Shown here piece by piece: positions 1-12,700 of a stretch of 64,000 nt of DNA. Made by a program: the position numbers and the translations under genes. The DNA is from an uncultured delta proteobacterium. Its GTDB lineage: Bacteria; Myxococcota_A; UBA9160; SMWR01. Within the stretch, counting starts at the first letter, position 1, and every line of letters starts with the position of its first letter. The stretch is from NCBI GenBank assembly GCA_963832165.1, contig CAWHTE010000001.1:192001-256000 (forward strand), read 5' to 3'. The notes under the pieces were generated by a model. It searched no databases and had not been told where the DNA came from. It saw only the letters and a program-made list of their open reading frames with translations.

Positions 1-6
1 GGCTGA

Positions 7-288
7 CTAGAAGCCCGACGGCATGTGCGGACTCGGATCGCCCATGAGCGCGTTCGCGAGCATCCGGCTCGACGGGAACACGTGATCCTTGTCCTCGAAG
101 CGCAGGCCGAGCGCGAGCAGGATCTTGCGCTTCGTGTCCATGCGGCAGTTCATGCCCTTTTCGACGCTGTGGATCGTGCGCAGCGCAACCTTCGCCTTGC
201 GAGCCAACTGGGCCTGCGTCATCAGGCGGTTCTCGCGCAGTTCGCGGACCCGGTTCATGCTGATCGCCTTCGAACGACTGCTCTCCAT
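7..288 (-). CDS. XRE-family helix-turn-helix transcriptional regulator (start may be 258)
   Basis: NRVRELRENRLMTQAQLARKAKVALRTIHSVEKG is a typical HTH_3 motif. Confidence 0.85.
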   Translation of the reverse strand: MESSRSKAISMNRVRELRENRLMTQAQLARKAKVALRTIHSVEKGMNCRMDTKRKILLALGLRFEDKDHVFPSSRMLANALMGDPSPHMPSGF

Positions 289-584
289 TGCGCACCCACC
301 CCCTTCGGTCGGCCGGATTGGGAGCCGACTGGGTTCAACTCCACGTGGTGCGTTTCGTCTGGGCAGGGATTTTCTTTAGGGAAAATGCAGCCTTGCCCGG
401 TCTTTGGGGGGGGTGCCCCGCAATTCAATCCGCTGGCGGAGGCCGAAGATCCAACCTCCCGACGCACATGAGAGATTTGGCCGCGCGCGCATCACGGCAC
501 GCGCCCCGGGGGCCGCGACCGGCACAGTTTCCGGGCCGAGCGCCCGCGATCTGGGCCATCTTCGGGCCCCGCGGAGGTGTGGAG

Positions 585-1073
585 GTGGCCGGGTTGAGCG
601 CCCGAGATCGGATTCTTTCGCGCAGCGCCGCGCGCGCCGCGGTGCGCTCGGCTCAGCGCCGCGGCGAGCGGGTGGTCTTCACGAACGGCTGCTTCGATCT
701 GCTCCACGTCGGCCACGTGCGCAGCCTCGAGCAGGCGAAGAGCCTCGGCGATCGCCTGGTCGTGGCCGTGAATCGCGATGCGTCGGTACGGCGGCAGAAG
801 GGCGACAGCCGGCCGATCGTCGGCGAGCGCCAGCGCGCCGAGCTGCTCGGGGCGCTCGCGTGCGTCGACTGGGTGGTGCTGTTCGGCGAGGACACACCGC
901 TCGCGCTGATCCGGAGCCTGCGGCCCGACGTGCTCGCGAAGGGCGGCGACTGGCGGCCCGGCGAGATCGTCGGGAGCGAGGACGTGCTCAGCTGGGGCGG
1001 CCGCGTGGAGCGGCTGCGCGTGGTGCCCGGCGTCCGCACCACGCGGCTCGTCGACCGCGCGCGGCGCTCCTGA
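585..1073 (+). CDS. rfaE2: D-glycero-beta-D-manno-heptose 1-phosphate adenylyltransferase
   Basis: VFTNGCFDLLHVGH, LVVAVNRDASV, KGGDW motifs; GGAGG upstream of GTG; start approximate. Confidence 0.9.
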   Translation: MAGLSARDRILSRSAARAAVRSAQRRGERVVFTNGCFDLLHVGHVRSLEQAKSLGDRLVVAVNRDASVRRQKGDSRPIVGERQRAELLGALACVDWVVLFGEDTPLALIRSLRPDVLAKGGDWRPGEIVGSEDVLSWGGRVERLRVVPGVRTTRLVDRARRS

Positions 1074-1339
1074 TGTCGGTGCGCGGCGAGTTCAGGCGCC
1101 TGCTCGGCGACGTGCTCGCGACACTGCGCGACGCGCAGCTCGCGCCCGACACCCAGCGCGCGCTCGAGCCGTTGCTCGAACGCTCCCGCGAGGATCTGAC
1201 CGGCGCGGCAGAAGCCGCACTCGCGCTGTCGGCGCGACTCGACGCGCGCGCGTTTCCCGACCCGGCCACGCGGTGGCGCTTCGAGGAGGCGTTCGAGCGC
1301 CTCGACGCCGTGTGCCGGATCATCCTCGGGAAGACGTAG
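1073..1339 (+). CDS. hypothetical helical protein (88 aa)
   Basis: TGATG overlap with previous stop; coding-like codon use (MSVRGEFRRLLGDV...). Confidence 0.65.
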   Translation: MSVRGEFRRLLGDVLATLRDAQLAPDTQRALEPLLERSREDLTGAAEAALALSARLDARAFPDPATRWRFEEAFERLDAVCRIILGKT

Positions 1340-1411
1340 GGCGGGAGGAATCCCGCCTTCCGCGGCCGGAACGCGAAAGGCGGGATCCGCCTTCGGCTCC
1401 TCCCGCCCTAC
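1336..1411. repeat. inverted pair of GTAG-type REP palindromes (REPIN-like)
   Basis: GTAG-GGCGGGA-GGAA-TCCCGCC ... GGCGGGA...TCCCGCC-CTAC between convergent genes. Confidence 0.75.
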
Positions 1412-2013
1412 GCCGACCGCGTAGATGGAGTCGAGAGGCGCGCGACGTCCTCGGGCGTGTTCAGATTGGTGAGCGCGGTGCCATCGGGATCGACCCCGCG
1501 CAGATCGTCGCCTTCGAGGTAGCGCGTCGCGAGCGCGTCGAGCAGCGCAGACAGCGCGAGCCGCTCCTCGGCGAGATGGCGGCGCGCGACCGCGAGCGCG
1601 GGCTTGCGTCGGTAGAGCGCGCACAGCGGATGCACGCCGTCCGCGCCGCGCGGCACCACCGCATCGGCCTCGGGCCACGCGATCAGCGCCAGGAGCAGGT
1701 CGGGCGTGACGAACGGGACGTCGGTCGCCACGACTAGCACGCGCTCGGCGCGCGCGGCCTCGAGCGCGGCGACCAGGCCGCGCAGCGCGCAGCGCTCCCC
1801 TTCGCCGTCCTGCACGCGGCGTCCCGGCGCGTCCGCGGGCGGATCGCCGCCCACGAGCACCACGTCCTCGCACAAGAGCGCGAGGCAGCGCGCGACGCGC
1901 GTGGCGGCGGCGACGCCGTCGATCGCGAGATGGGCCTTGTCGCTGCCCATGCGCGAAGAGGTGCCACCCGTGAGCACGGCGCCCGAGATGTTCGAGAAGC
2001 GATCTGCGGACAC
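1408..2013 (-). CDS. mobA: molybdenum cofactor guanylyltransferase
   Basis: GAVLTGGTSSRMGSDKA, VATDVPF, HPLCALY, NLNTPED motifs. Confidence 0.9.
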   Translation of the reverse strand: MSADRFSNISGAVLTGGTSSRMGSDKAHLAIDGVAAATRVARCLALLCEDVVLVGGDPPADAPGRRVQDGEGERCALRGLVAALEAARAERVLVVATDVPFVTPDLLLALIAWPEADAVVPRGADGVHPLCALYRRKPALAVARRHLAEERLALSALLDALATRYLEGDDLRGVDPDGTALTNLNTPEDVARLSTPSTRSA

Positions 2014-2021
2014 GTCCCGCC

Positions 2022-3284
2022 TCAGAACCCCGGTCCGTCGGCGGCGAGGAAGTCCGCGTCGAGCACCTGCACCGCTGCGCTCGCGCCCGCGGCGAGCTCG
2101 CTCTCCTCGGCGGGGAAGATCAGCACGCCCTGGGCGCGGATCATCGACGTGAGCACGCCGGAGCTCTGGCTGCCGGTGCTGCGGGCAACGATGACACCAT
2201 CTCCCTCGCGCTCGAGCGTCACGCGCACGAGGTGCATGCGGCCCGGCTTCTTGCGCATCGTCTCGGCGACCCGGGCGCGCACGATCGGCCGGTACAGCTG
2301 CGCCGCGCCCTGCATGCGCAACAGCGCCGGACGCACGAACTGCTCGAACGTCATCATCGCCGACACGGGATTGCCGGGCAGGCCGAACACGAGCGGACCG
2401 CGCGCCTCCTCCCCCACGCGCCCGAACGCGAGCGGATAGCCCGGCTTGATCTTCACCCCCCAGAAGTGGAGCCGGCAGCCGAGCTTCTCGAGCACGCCGC
2501 GCACGAAGTCGCGATCGCCCACGGAGACGCCCGCCGAGCTCACGATCACGTCGGCGGCGAGGCCCGCGCGCAGCCGGCGCTCGATGTCTTCGGGTGTGTC
2601 GCGCGCGATGCCGAGATACACGGGGTCCGCGCCGAGCTCTCGGCACTGCGCGGCGATCGACCACGAATTCGAGGACACGATCCGCCCGCCCGCGATCTCG
2701 CCGTCGGGCTCCACGAGCTCGTCGCCGCCCGAGAGCACTGCGACGCGCGGACGCTGGACCACCGCGACGACCGTGCGTCCGAGCGACGCGAGCATGCCGA
2801 TCTGCGCTGCGCCGAGCCTCGCACCGGCCGCGAGCACGTGGTCGCCGGGCTGCACGTCCTCGCCCGCGCGGCGCACGTTCTCGCCGAGCTCGGGCGCGAC
2901 GCGGATCGCGACGCGGTCGCCCTCGCGCTCGGTGTCCTCCTGGCGCACCACCGAGTCGGCGCCCGGCGGCAGCGGCGCGCCCGTGAGGATGCGCGCGGCG
3001 GACCCGCGCGCGAGATGCGGCAGGTCCGAGCTGCCCGCGGGCACCTCGAATACCACCGGCAGCGAGACGGGCGCGCCCGCGGAGGCATCCGCGCAGTCCG
3101 CGGCGCACACGGCATAGCCGTCCATCGCCGAGTTGTCCGCGGGCGGCAGCACGCGCGTGGAGCGCACGTCCTCGCAGAGGACCCGCCCGAGCGCCTCGCC
3201 GAGCGACACGGTCTCGGGGCCGAGCACGGGCGTCTCGGCGAGCACGCGCGCGAGCGCCTCGGCCGCGGTGATGTCGCGCTGCAT
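2022..3284 (-). CDS. moeA: molybdopterin molybdotransferase
   Basis: DNSAMDGYA, ILTGAPLP, SGGDELV, GVSVGDRD, GLPGNPVS motifs. Confidence 0.95.
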   Translation of the reverse strand: MQRDITAAEALARVLAETPVLGPETVSLGEALGRVLCEDVRSTRVLPPADNSAMDGYAVCAADCADASAGAPVSLPVVFEVPAGSSDLPHLARGSAARILTGAPLPPGADSVVRQEDTEREGDRVAIRVAPELGENVRRAGEDVQPGDHVLAAGARLGAAQIGMLASLGRTVVAVVQRPRVAVLSGGDELVEPDGEIAGGRIVSSNSWSIAAQCRELGADPVYLGIARDTPEDIERRLRAGLAADVIVSSAGVSVGDRDFVRGVLEKLGCRLHFWGVKIKPGYPLAFGRVGEEARGPLVFGLPGNPVSAMMTFEQFVRPALLRMQGAAQLYRPIVRARVAETMRKKPGRMHLVRVTLEREGDGVIVARSTGSQSSGVLTSMIRAQGVLIFPAEESELAAGASAAVQVLDADFLAADGPGF

Positions 3285-3354
3285 GACGCGAACCTTACCG
3301 CGCCCCATCTCTAGTGCCCCGCCAAGGGGCGCCCGCCGGAGTCCACCGCTAAAT

Positions 3355-3371
3355 TGCCCAAACTTTGGGCA
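3355..3371. promoter_or_regulatory. putative NtrC-type binding site
   Basis: 17-bp palindrome TGCCCA-AACTT-TGGGCA (TGC-N11-GCA) upstream of the ntrBC-like genes. Confidence 0.6.
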
Positions 3372-3399
3372 CCCAGCCGACTTCGACGCGGGGCCGGCG

Positions 3400-4481
3400 G
3401 TGAGCCGGCGCGACCTCCAGGACGTCCTCGAGGCGGTGCTCGACGGCGTGGTCGTGGTCGACCGCGAGGGGCGCGTCGAGCTCGTGAACGGCGAGGCGTG
3501 CCGGATGCTCGAGACCTCCGCCGAGTTCGCGGCCGGGCTTCCGCTCGCGCGCGTCGCCGATGCCGGGTTCGACGCGCTCGTGCGCTCGGTGCTCGAGCTC
3601 GGCCGCCCCGCCGTCCAGGACGATCGCGTGCTCGCGCGCCGCTTCTCCCCCGATCTCTTCCTCGACGTCGCGGCGGCGCCGCTCTGGGACGAGGAGCGCG
3701 GGCTCTCGGGGGTCGTGCTCGCGCTGCGCGATCGCACGATCCACCGCTCGCTCGCCGAGCGTGCGACCGAGCGCGAGCGCCTCTCGGCGTACGGCACGAT
3801 CGCGTCGGGCATCGCGCACGAGGTGAAGAATCCGCTCGGCGGGATCCGCGGAGCGGCCGAGATCCTCGCGTCGCGCACGACCGACGAGAAGTCGCGCGAC
3901 GCCGCGGCGCTGATCGTGCGCGAGGTGGACCGGATCCGCTCGCTCGTCGACGACCTGCTCGTGTTCCACCAGCGCGACGCACTGCGGCTCACGCCGTGCA
4001 ACATCCACCGCGTGCTCGACGAGATGCTTCAGCTGCTCTCGATGGACCCGATCGCGACGGGCGTGAAGCTCGAGCGCAGCTTCGACCCGTCGATTCCCGA
4101 GCTCATCGCGGACTCCGACCGGCTCACCCAGGTGTTCCTGAACCTCGGGCGCAATGCGCTCCAGGCGCTCGACGGCGAGGGAACGCTGCTCGTCGAGACG
4201 CGCATGGCGCTCGACCAGCGCTTGACCTCGCAGCGCGGCAGCTCGCTGCCGACGCTCGCGATCACGGTCGCGGACGACGGGCCCGGGATCGAGCCCGAGG
4301 TGTTCGAGCAGCTCTCGACACCGTTCTTCACGACACGCGCGGGCGGCACCGGGCTCGGGCTCGCAGTTTCACGGCATTGGGTGGCGCGCCACGGCGGCAC
4401 GCTGCGGCTCGAGAGCGAGCCCGGAAGCGGCACGCGCGTGCGCGTGTTCCTGCCGATCGGTGGGCCCGAGGAGGCAGGGGT

Positions 4482-4485
<4 letters not shown>
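3400..4485 (+). CDS. ntrB: PAS sensor histidine kinase, NtrB-like
   Basis: PAS N-terminus, IAHEVKNPLGGIRGAA H-box, DDGPGI, PFFTT, GTGLGL. Confidence 0.8.
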
Positions 4486-5905
<1,420 letters not shown>

Positions 5906-5909
<4 letters not shown>

Positions 5910-6580
5910 ACGCTCTCCGCCGGTGGGAAGGGCTGCACGTCATTGCCGACGACGACCCGCGCTGGAAGTGCGACCCGGTCGATCAGGCGCTCGCCGCGTG
6001 CGCGGGGGGCGCCGCCGTGGTGCAGCTGCGCGCGAAGCTCGCCACCGATCGCGCGGCGCTCGCGTGGGGAGAGGCGATCCGCGCGGCCACCCGGCGCGCG
6101 GGTGCGCTGTTCTGCGTGAACGACCGCATCGACATCGCGCTCGCGTGCGGCGCCGACGGCGTCCACCTCGGCCAGGAGGACGTGCCGCCCGCGCGGATCC
6201 CGGCCGAGTGGCGCGAGCGGATCGCGATCGGCCGGTCCACCCACACGCTCGAGCAGGTCGCGCGCGCGTGCGAGGAGCCCGTCGACTACGTCGCGTTCGG
6301 ACCCGTGTTCGAGACGCGCACGAAGACGCAGGAGTGGGGCGAGCGCGGTCTCGCGCTGCTCGCCGACGCGGTGGTGCGCGCGGCGCCGCGCCCCGTGGTG
6401 GCGATCGGCGGGATCGACGCGGGCCGCGTCTCGTCCGTGCGCGCCGCGGGTGCGGGGGGCTTCGCGGTGATCTCCGCGGTGGCGGGCGCGGCCTCTCCCG
6501 AGGCGGCCGTGCGCGAGCTCGCGCAGGCCTGGCTGCAAGCCGAAGTGAAGCCGAGCGGTGACCCCGAGGGCGGCGCATGA
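5906..6580 (+). CDS. thiE: thiamine-phosphate synthase
   Basis: VQLRAK, VNDRIDIA, GVHLGQED, GRSTH, VAIGGI motifs. Confidence 0.92.
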
Positions 6581-7809
6581 CCGACCTCGCGCCGCGCGCG
6601 GTCTCCGCGCTCGGATTCCTGGTCTGGATCGCGCTCGCGTGGGCGCTCTCGGAGGACCGCCGCGCCGTGCCGTGGCGCACCGTCGGCTGGGGCATCGCGC
6701 TCCAGCTCGCGCTCGGCCTCCTGCTGCTCAAGACGCCGTTCGGAACCGGCTTCTTCTCGATGATGAGCGCGCTCGTCGCCGCGCTGATTGCCTGCACGGA
6801 CGCGGGCGTGCGCTTCGTGTTCGGCTCGCTCGTCGACACGGGCTTCTCGTTCGCGATCAGCGTGCTGCCCACGATCGTGTTCATGGGCAGCCTGTTCGCG
6901 GTGCTCTACCACGTGGGCTTCCTGCAGCTCGTCGTGCGCGCTCTCTCGGTCGTGTTCGCGCGCACGATGCGGATCTCGGGCGCCGAGAGCCTGTGCGCGA
7001 TCGCGAACATCTTCCTCGGCATGATCGAGTCGGCGCTGGTCGTGCGGCCCTACCTGTCGCGCATGACGCGCTCGGAGCTCTTCTCGCTGATGACGCTCGG
7101 CATGGCCACGGTCGCGGGGTCGGTGATGCTCGCCTACGTGGGCATGCTCGGCGGCGGCGACTACGCGGGTCATCTCGCCACGGCGAGCCTGATCTCGGCG
7201 CCCGCGGGCGTGCTGATCGCCAAGCTCATGGTGCCCGAGCGCGAGCACCCCGCGACCGCGGGCGGCGACGTCGCCGACATCCCGGGCGGCGCCGCGAACC
7301 TGATCGACGCGGCCGCGCAGGGCGCGATCGCGGGGCTGCGCCTCGCGGGCTACGTCGGGGCGCTCCTGATCGCGTTCGTGGCGCTGATCGCGCTCGCCAA
7401 CGGCGTGCTCGGGTGGGTCGGCGGGCAGCTGGGCGTGCCCGATCTCACGCTGCAGCGCGCGCTCGGCGTGCTCATGGCGCCCGCGGCGTGGCTGCTCGGC
7501 GTGCCGTGGGCGGACGCGAGCGCCGTGGGATCGCTGATCGGCCTGAAGACCGTGCTGAACGAGTTCCTGGCCTATCAGGATCTGGCAGCCCAGATCGCCG
7601 CGGGCTCGATCGCGCCGCGCTCGGCCGTGATCGCCTCGTACGCGCTGTGCGGCTTCGCGAACTTCGGCTCGCTCGCGATCATGCTGGGCGGTCTCGGGGG
7701 CCTCGCCCCGGACCGGCACGGCGAGGTCGCGCAGCTGGGCCTGCGCAGCATCGTCTCGGGCACGCTCGCGAGCTTCTCGACCGCGTGCGTGGCCGGAATG
7801 CTCCTGTAG
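6577..7809 (+). CDS. nupC: NupC/CNT-family nucleoside transporter
   Basis: Multi-TM; ANIFLGM, MTRSEL, GMATVAGS, LNEFLAY, LCGFANFGS. Confidence 0.9.
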   Translation: MTDLAPRAVSALGFLVWIALAWALSEDRRAVPWRTVGWGIALQLALGLLLLKTPFGTGFFSMMSALVAALIACTDAGVRFVFGSLVDTGFSFAISVLPTIVFMGSLFAVLYHVGFLQLVVRALSVVFARTMRISGAESLCAIANIFLGMIESALVVRPYLSRMTRSELFSLMTLGMATVAGSVMLAYVGMLGGGDYAGHLATASLISAPAGVLIAKLMVPEREHPATAGGDVADIPGGAANLIDAAAQGAIAGLRLAGYVGALLIAFVALIALANGVLGWVGGQLGVPDLTLQRALGVLMAPAAWLLGVPWADASAVGSLIGLKTVLNEFLAYQDLAAQIAAGSIAPRSAVIASYALCGFANFGSLAIMLGGLGGLAPDRHGEVAQLGLRSIVSGTLASFSTACVAGMLL

Positions 7810-7866
7810 GAACCGCCAGCTACTATCGCGGCCCGCAGCCCCCCGAGAAAGGACCGACCGATCCCC

Positions 7867-9786
7867 GTGCTGCGCCTGTCCGACGTCCCGCGGTGGCTGG
7901 TCGCGCTGGCCGCGCTGCTCCTGGCCGCGCCCGCCGCGCGCGCGCTCACGTACGAGCCGGTCTACCGCGTGTCCGAGATCTCCGTCGAGTACTCGCTCGA
8001 GAGCCCTCAGCACGTCCCGATCGACGAGGTGCTCGATCTCGAGGTGGGGCTGCGCCGCGCGGAAGAGGCCTACGTGGCGCCGCGCCCGGTCGACCGCACG
8101 GTGCGCATGCGGCTCTCCGCGCTGCCGCGCGACGCCTCGTTCGGCGCTTCCGCGCTGCTCCACATCAACCAGTCGATCGTCAGCGCGTTCAACCGGCGCG
8201 GCATCAACGGCGTGATCGTGACGGTGCCCGACGTCGAAGAGGGCACGGGTCGCGACCTGCGCCCGCCCGGCGAGACGCGGCTGCGGCTGCGGATCTGGAC
8301 CGGACAGGTGTCGCGCGTCGCGAGCATTGCGGACGGCGAGCGCTTCGGCGGACTCACGGTCGACGAGCGCACCAACCACGCGGCGCATGCGTGGATCCGC
8401 GAGCGCGCGCCGGTGCGCCCGGGCGGGCCGCGCGGGCTGCTCTCCGTCGCCGCGCTCGAAGACTACGCGGCCGAGATCTCGCGCCATCCGGGCCGGCGCA
8501 TGGACATCGAGGTGGCGCCGGGTCCGCGCACGGGCACGACCGCGGTGAATCTGCGCATCACCGAGGCCAAGCCCTGGTACGCCTACGCGCAGTACGCGAA
8601 CACGGGCACCTCGACCACGACGATGAACCGCGAGCGCTTCGGCTTCACGCACAACCAGCTGCTCGGCCGCGACGACACCCTGCACCTCGACTACACGACG
8701 GGCGACTTCGACGAGGTGCACGCGGTGAGCACCGCGTACTCGGCGCCGTTCGACCTGCGCGACCCCGAGTGGCACTACTGGCGCTATGCCTTCGGCGGCG
8801 GCTACAGCCAGTTCGACGCGCGCGAAGCGGGCTTCACCGCGACCGGAGTCGAGGGCGAGGACGCGAACGCGGGCGGCGAGGTCTCGCGGCAGCTGCTCCA
8901 GCACCACGAGCTGTTCGTCGACGCGGCGGCCGGTGCGCGCTGGCAGCACATCTCGGTCGAGAACCGCCAGCTCGTCGGCGCGGTGCTCGAGGCCGACATC
9001 GACTACGCGGTGCCGCACGTCGACCTGCGGCTCGTGCGCAACACCGCCACCTCGAGCCTGCGCGGTCGCGTCGGCGTGCTGGGCGGCTTCACCGACACGA
9101 GCGACTCCGACCTCGCGAGCGTGAGCACGGGCACGAACGTCTCGGGCCCGCCCGAGCTCGACGTGCTCGGCAACGCGCGCGCCGACGACGACTTCGCGCT
9201 GACGGGCTTCGACGCGAGCTACTCGTTCTACCTCGAGCCGCTGTTCGACCCGTACGGCTGGCGCGATCCGAACCGCAAGACGAGCGGCGCGCTCGCGCAC
9301 GAGATCGCGGTGCTCGCGCGCGGGCAGTGGGCGATGAACCACCGCCTCGTGCCGCATTTCCAGCAGGTGGCCGGCGGCTTCACGACCGTGCGCGGCTACA
9401 AGCAGTCGGCCGTGGTCGGCGACGATCTCCTGCTCGGCTCGGTCGAGTACCGCTTCCACCTGCCGCGCCTGTTCTCGCCCGACTCGTCGCCGCCCGAGCT
9501 GCCGGGCATGGGCGCGTTCCGGCTGCGCCCGACGCACGTCTGGGATACGCCCGACTGGGATCTGATCTTCCGCGTGTTCAGCGACGCGGCCTACGTCGAG
9601 GCGAGCCGTGCGCTCGACAGCGAGCCGGACGAGACGCTCGTCTCCGCGGGCGGCGGCGTCGAGCTCACGGTGCTGCGAAACCTCACGCTGCGCGCCGACG
9701 TCGGACACACGCTGGGCAACCTCTCGGCGCGCGGCAACCAGGCCGGCGATACGCGCGCGCACGTGGCGGCCACGGTTCTCTATTAG
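7867..9786 (+). CDS. ShlB/FhaC/HecB-family TpsB outer-membrane transporter
   Basis: Signal peptide, POTRA-like region, NTG motif, TVRGY loop motif, terminal aromatic residue; precedes TpsA. Confidence 0.85.
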   Translation: MLRLSDVPRWLVALAALLLAAPAARALTYEPVYRVSEISVEYSLESPQHVPIDEVLDLEVGLRRAEEAYVAPRPVDRTVRMRLSALPRDASFGASALLHINQSIVSAFNRRGINGVIVTVPDVEEGTGRDLRPPGETRLRLRIWTGQVSRVASIADGERFGGLTVDERTNHAAHAWIRERAPVRPGGPRGLLSVAALEDYAAEISRHPGRRMDIEVAPGPRTGTTAVNLRITEAKPWYAYAQYANTGTSTTTMNRERFGFTHNQLLGRDDTLHLDYTTGDFDEVHAVSTAYSAPFDLRDPEWHYWRYAFGGGYSQFDAREAGFTATGVEGEDANAGGEVSRQLLQHHELFVDAAAGARWQHISVENRQLVGAVLEADIDYAVPHVDLRLVRNTATSSLRGRVGVLGGFTDTSDSDLASVSTGTNVSGPPELDVLGNARADDDFALTGFDASYSFYLEPLFDPYGWRDPNRKTSGALAHEIAVLARGQWAMNHRLVPHFQQVAGGFTTVRGYKQSAVVGDDLLLGSVEYRFHLPRLFSPDSSPPELPGMGAFRLRPTHVWDTPDWDLIFRVFSDAAYVEASRALDSEPDETLVSAGGGVELTVLRNLTLRADVGHTLGNLSARGNQAGDTRAHVAATVLY

Positions 9787-9795
9787 GATGGAGCG

Positions 9796-12700
9796 ATGAT
9801 GCGGCGCGCGGCGATCGGTGGAACGGTGAGGCGCACGGGTGCGGGGCTCGCGCTCGCGGCGATCGCGTCCGCGCCCGCGTTCGCGGCCGAAGATGGGCAG
9901 GTGGTCTCGGGTGAGGCGACCTTCACGCAGAACGGCAGCGTCCTCCAGATCGACACCGCCACGCCGCAGACGATCATCAACTGGTGGGGCGGCTTCGACA
10001 TCGCGCCGGGCACGACGGTCCAGATCAATCAGCCGAGCTCGCTCTCGAACACCCTGAACCAGGACCTCTCGAGCGACCCGACCTGGATCCAGGGCACGCT
10101 GCTCTCGAACGGCGGCGTCTGGATCGCCAACCCCGTCGGCGTGTTCTTCGGCGATCAGGCGATCGTCGACGTGGGGCGGCTCGTCGCAGGCGCCGGCACC
10201 GTCGACGCGGAGGCGTTCCTCGCGGGCGTCGAGCGCTTCGACACATCTGACCGGGCCCGTCGAGGTCGGTGCGGGTGCGCAGATCCGCGCGGCCGACTCG
10301 GTGCTGCTCGTGGGTGCCGCGCTCGCGAACTACGGAAACATCAGCGCGACGGATGGCATGATCGCGATGGTCGCGGGCGGTGAGGTGCGGCTCGCGACCG
10401 TCGACAGCCGCGTGATCGTGACGGCCGACCGCGCGATCGCGCCCGATCCCGAGCGCTGGGCCGTCGTGCAGGCGGGCACGCTCGACGCGGGCGCGGGCCG
10501 CGTCTCGCTGACCGCGGGCGACGCCTACTCGCTCGCGATCAACCACAGCGGGATCACGCGCGCGCACGACATCGAGGTCGCGGGCGGCGACGGCAGCGTC
10601 GTGGAGGTTTCGGGCGAGCTCGATGCGAGCGCGACGGGCGCGGGCGAGACGGGTGGCCGGATCACGGTGCTCGGCGATCAGGTGGGCATCGGGGCCGCGA
10701 CGCTCGACGCGTCGGGCGACGCGGGCGGCGGCGAGATCCGCGTGGGCGGCGACCTGCAGGGCGGCGGCGACCTGCGCACGGCGCGGCGCACGATCGTGTC
10801 GCGCGACGCCGCGCTGCGCGCCGACGCGCTCACGACGGGCGACGGCGGCACGATCATCGTCTGGTCCGACGAGGCCACGCGCTTCTACGGCGCGCTTTCG
10901 GCGCGCGGCGGCGCCGTGGGCGGCGACGGCGGCTTCGCGGAGATCTCGGGCGCGAGCCTCGACTCGCGCGGAAGCGTCGACCTCGGCGCGAGTGCGGGAA
11001 GCACGGGCACGCTGCTCTACGACCCGAAGGACATCGTGCTGCACGCGGGAGCGCTCGACGGCACCGACGCGCCCGACGCGTCCGACACCACACTCTTCGG
11101 CCAGGAGCTCGGCCAGGTCTGGTACAGCAACCCGGGCGAGGACTTCACGCCGTTCGACGTCTACGAGTCGGAGCTCGAGGGCACGAACGCGAACATCCTG
11201 CTCCAGGCGACCAACAGCATCAGCTCGACCGAATCGTTCGCGGTGCAGCTCGTCGGCAGCAACTCGCTCGCGATGGTCACGCGCAACGCCGCCGGTGACG
11301 AGACTGGAACCACGCAGACGCCCGGCATCCACCTCGCGGGCGTCTCGTTCTCGACCACGGGCGGCGACATCAGCCTCACCACGGGCAATGGCAGCATCGA
11401 GGTGGGCGATCTCTCCACGCGGGGCGCAGACGGCGCGACGGGCGGCGCGGGTGGCGACGTGGCGATCACCGCGGGCAACACCGGCTCGCTCACGGTCGGC
11501 GCGATCGACGCGTCGGGCGGCACCGGCTCGGCGGGGCGCGGCGGCAACGGCGGAACGATCCGCCTGGTCGCCGACCTCGATCCGAATACGACGGCGTCCG
11601 GAACCGGCGCGCGCGTGGTCACGGTGAACGGCGATCTGTCCGCGCGCGGCGGCAGCGGCACGGGTGCGGCGACGGACACGATCGCCGAAGGCGGCAGCGG
11701 TGGGCAGATCGCGATCTCGGCCGGCGTGGTCGCGGACCAGGGCAGCGTCGTGCTCGGCTCGCTCGCGAATCCGGTGCGGCTCGATGCGAGCGGCGGCAAC
11801 GGCACCGCGGGCGGTGGCGACGCCTCGATCACGGCGATCCAGATCGCCGCGCGCGGCGACGTCGATGCACACGCGGAGCTCGTCGCAACGGGCGGTGACA
11901 CGAGCCCGAGCACGGGGCCCGGTGGATTCGGCGGTCAGGGCGGCGGCGTGTCGATCACCACCGAGGCCGGCAGCGTGACGCTCGCGGACACGGGCGCGCC
12001 CGCGATCGTTGCGGTCGACGGCGGCGACGGCCGCACCGACACGATCACGATCACGGACGGGGTGCCGCGCTTCGACGGCCAGGGCGGCAGCGCGGGGCGG
12101 CTCGACGTCACGGTCGCGGGGGCCGGCGAAGGGATCGCGGTGCTAGGTGGCGTGAGCGGCACGGGCGGCAGCGGCACGCTCGGCGCGGGCGGCGCCGGCG
12201 CCACCGTGACGCTCACCGCGGACGACGGCCCGATCGCGCTCGCGGACGTCGCCGTGAGCGGCGGATCGGGCACGGGCAGCGTCACGACGGCCGAGGGTGC
12301 GACCACCGCGACCGGTGTGAAGGGCGGCAGCGGCGGCAGCGTCACGATCACGGCGGAGGCGGGCGAGGGCGACACCGCCGCGGGCGGCGGCGACGTGTCG
12401 CTCGGCGGAAGCATCGTCTCGCTCGGCGGCGCGGGCGTCGCCCATCCCGACGGCGACATCGCCGATCCGAACGAGAACCACGGCACTCCGGGCGCCGTGC
12501 GGATCACGTCGCCGCGCGACATCGCGGCGGGCGTGGGCGCGATCGCGCCGAGCATCCAGGCCGGCACGATCGCACTCGACGGGCGCAACGTGTTCCCGGG
12601 CAGCGGCACGCCGCTCCTGCTCGCATCGTCGGGCGCGACCGCACCCGCGAGCTTCGTCGACACGGCGACCGTCACCGCGGGGCGCGACGAGACGGCGGCG

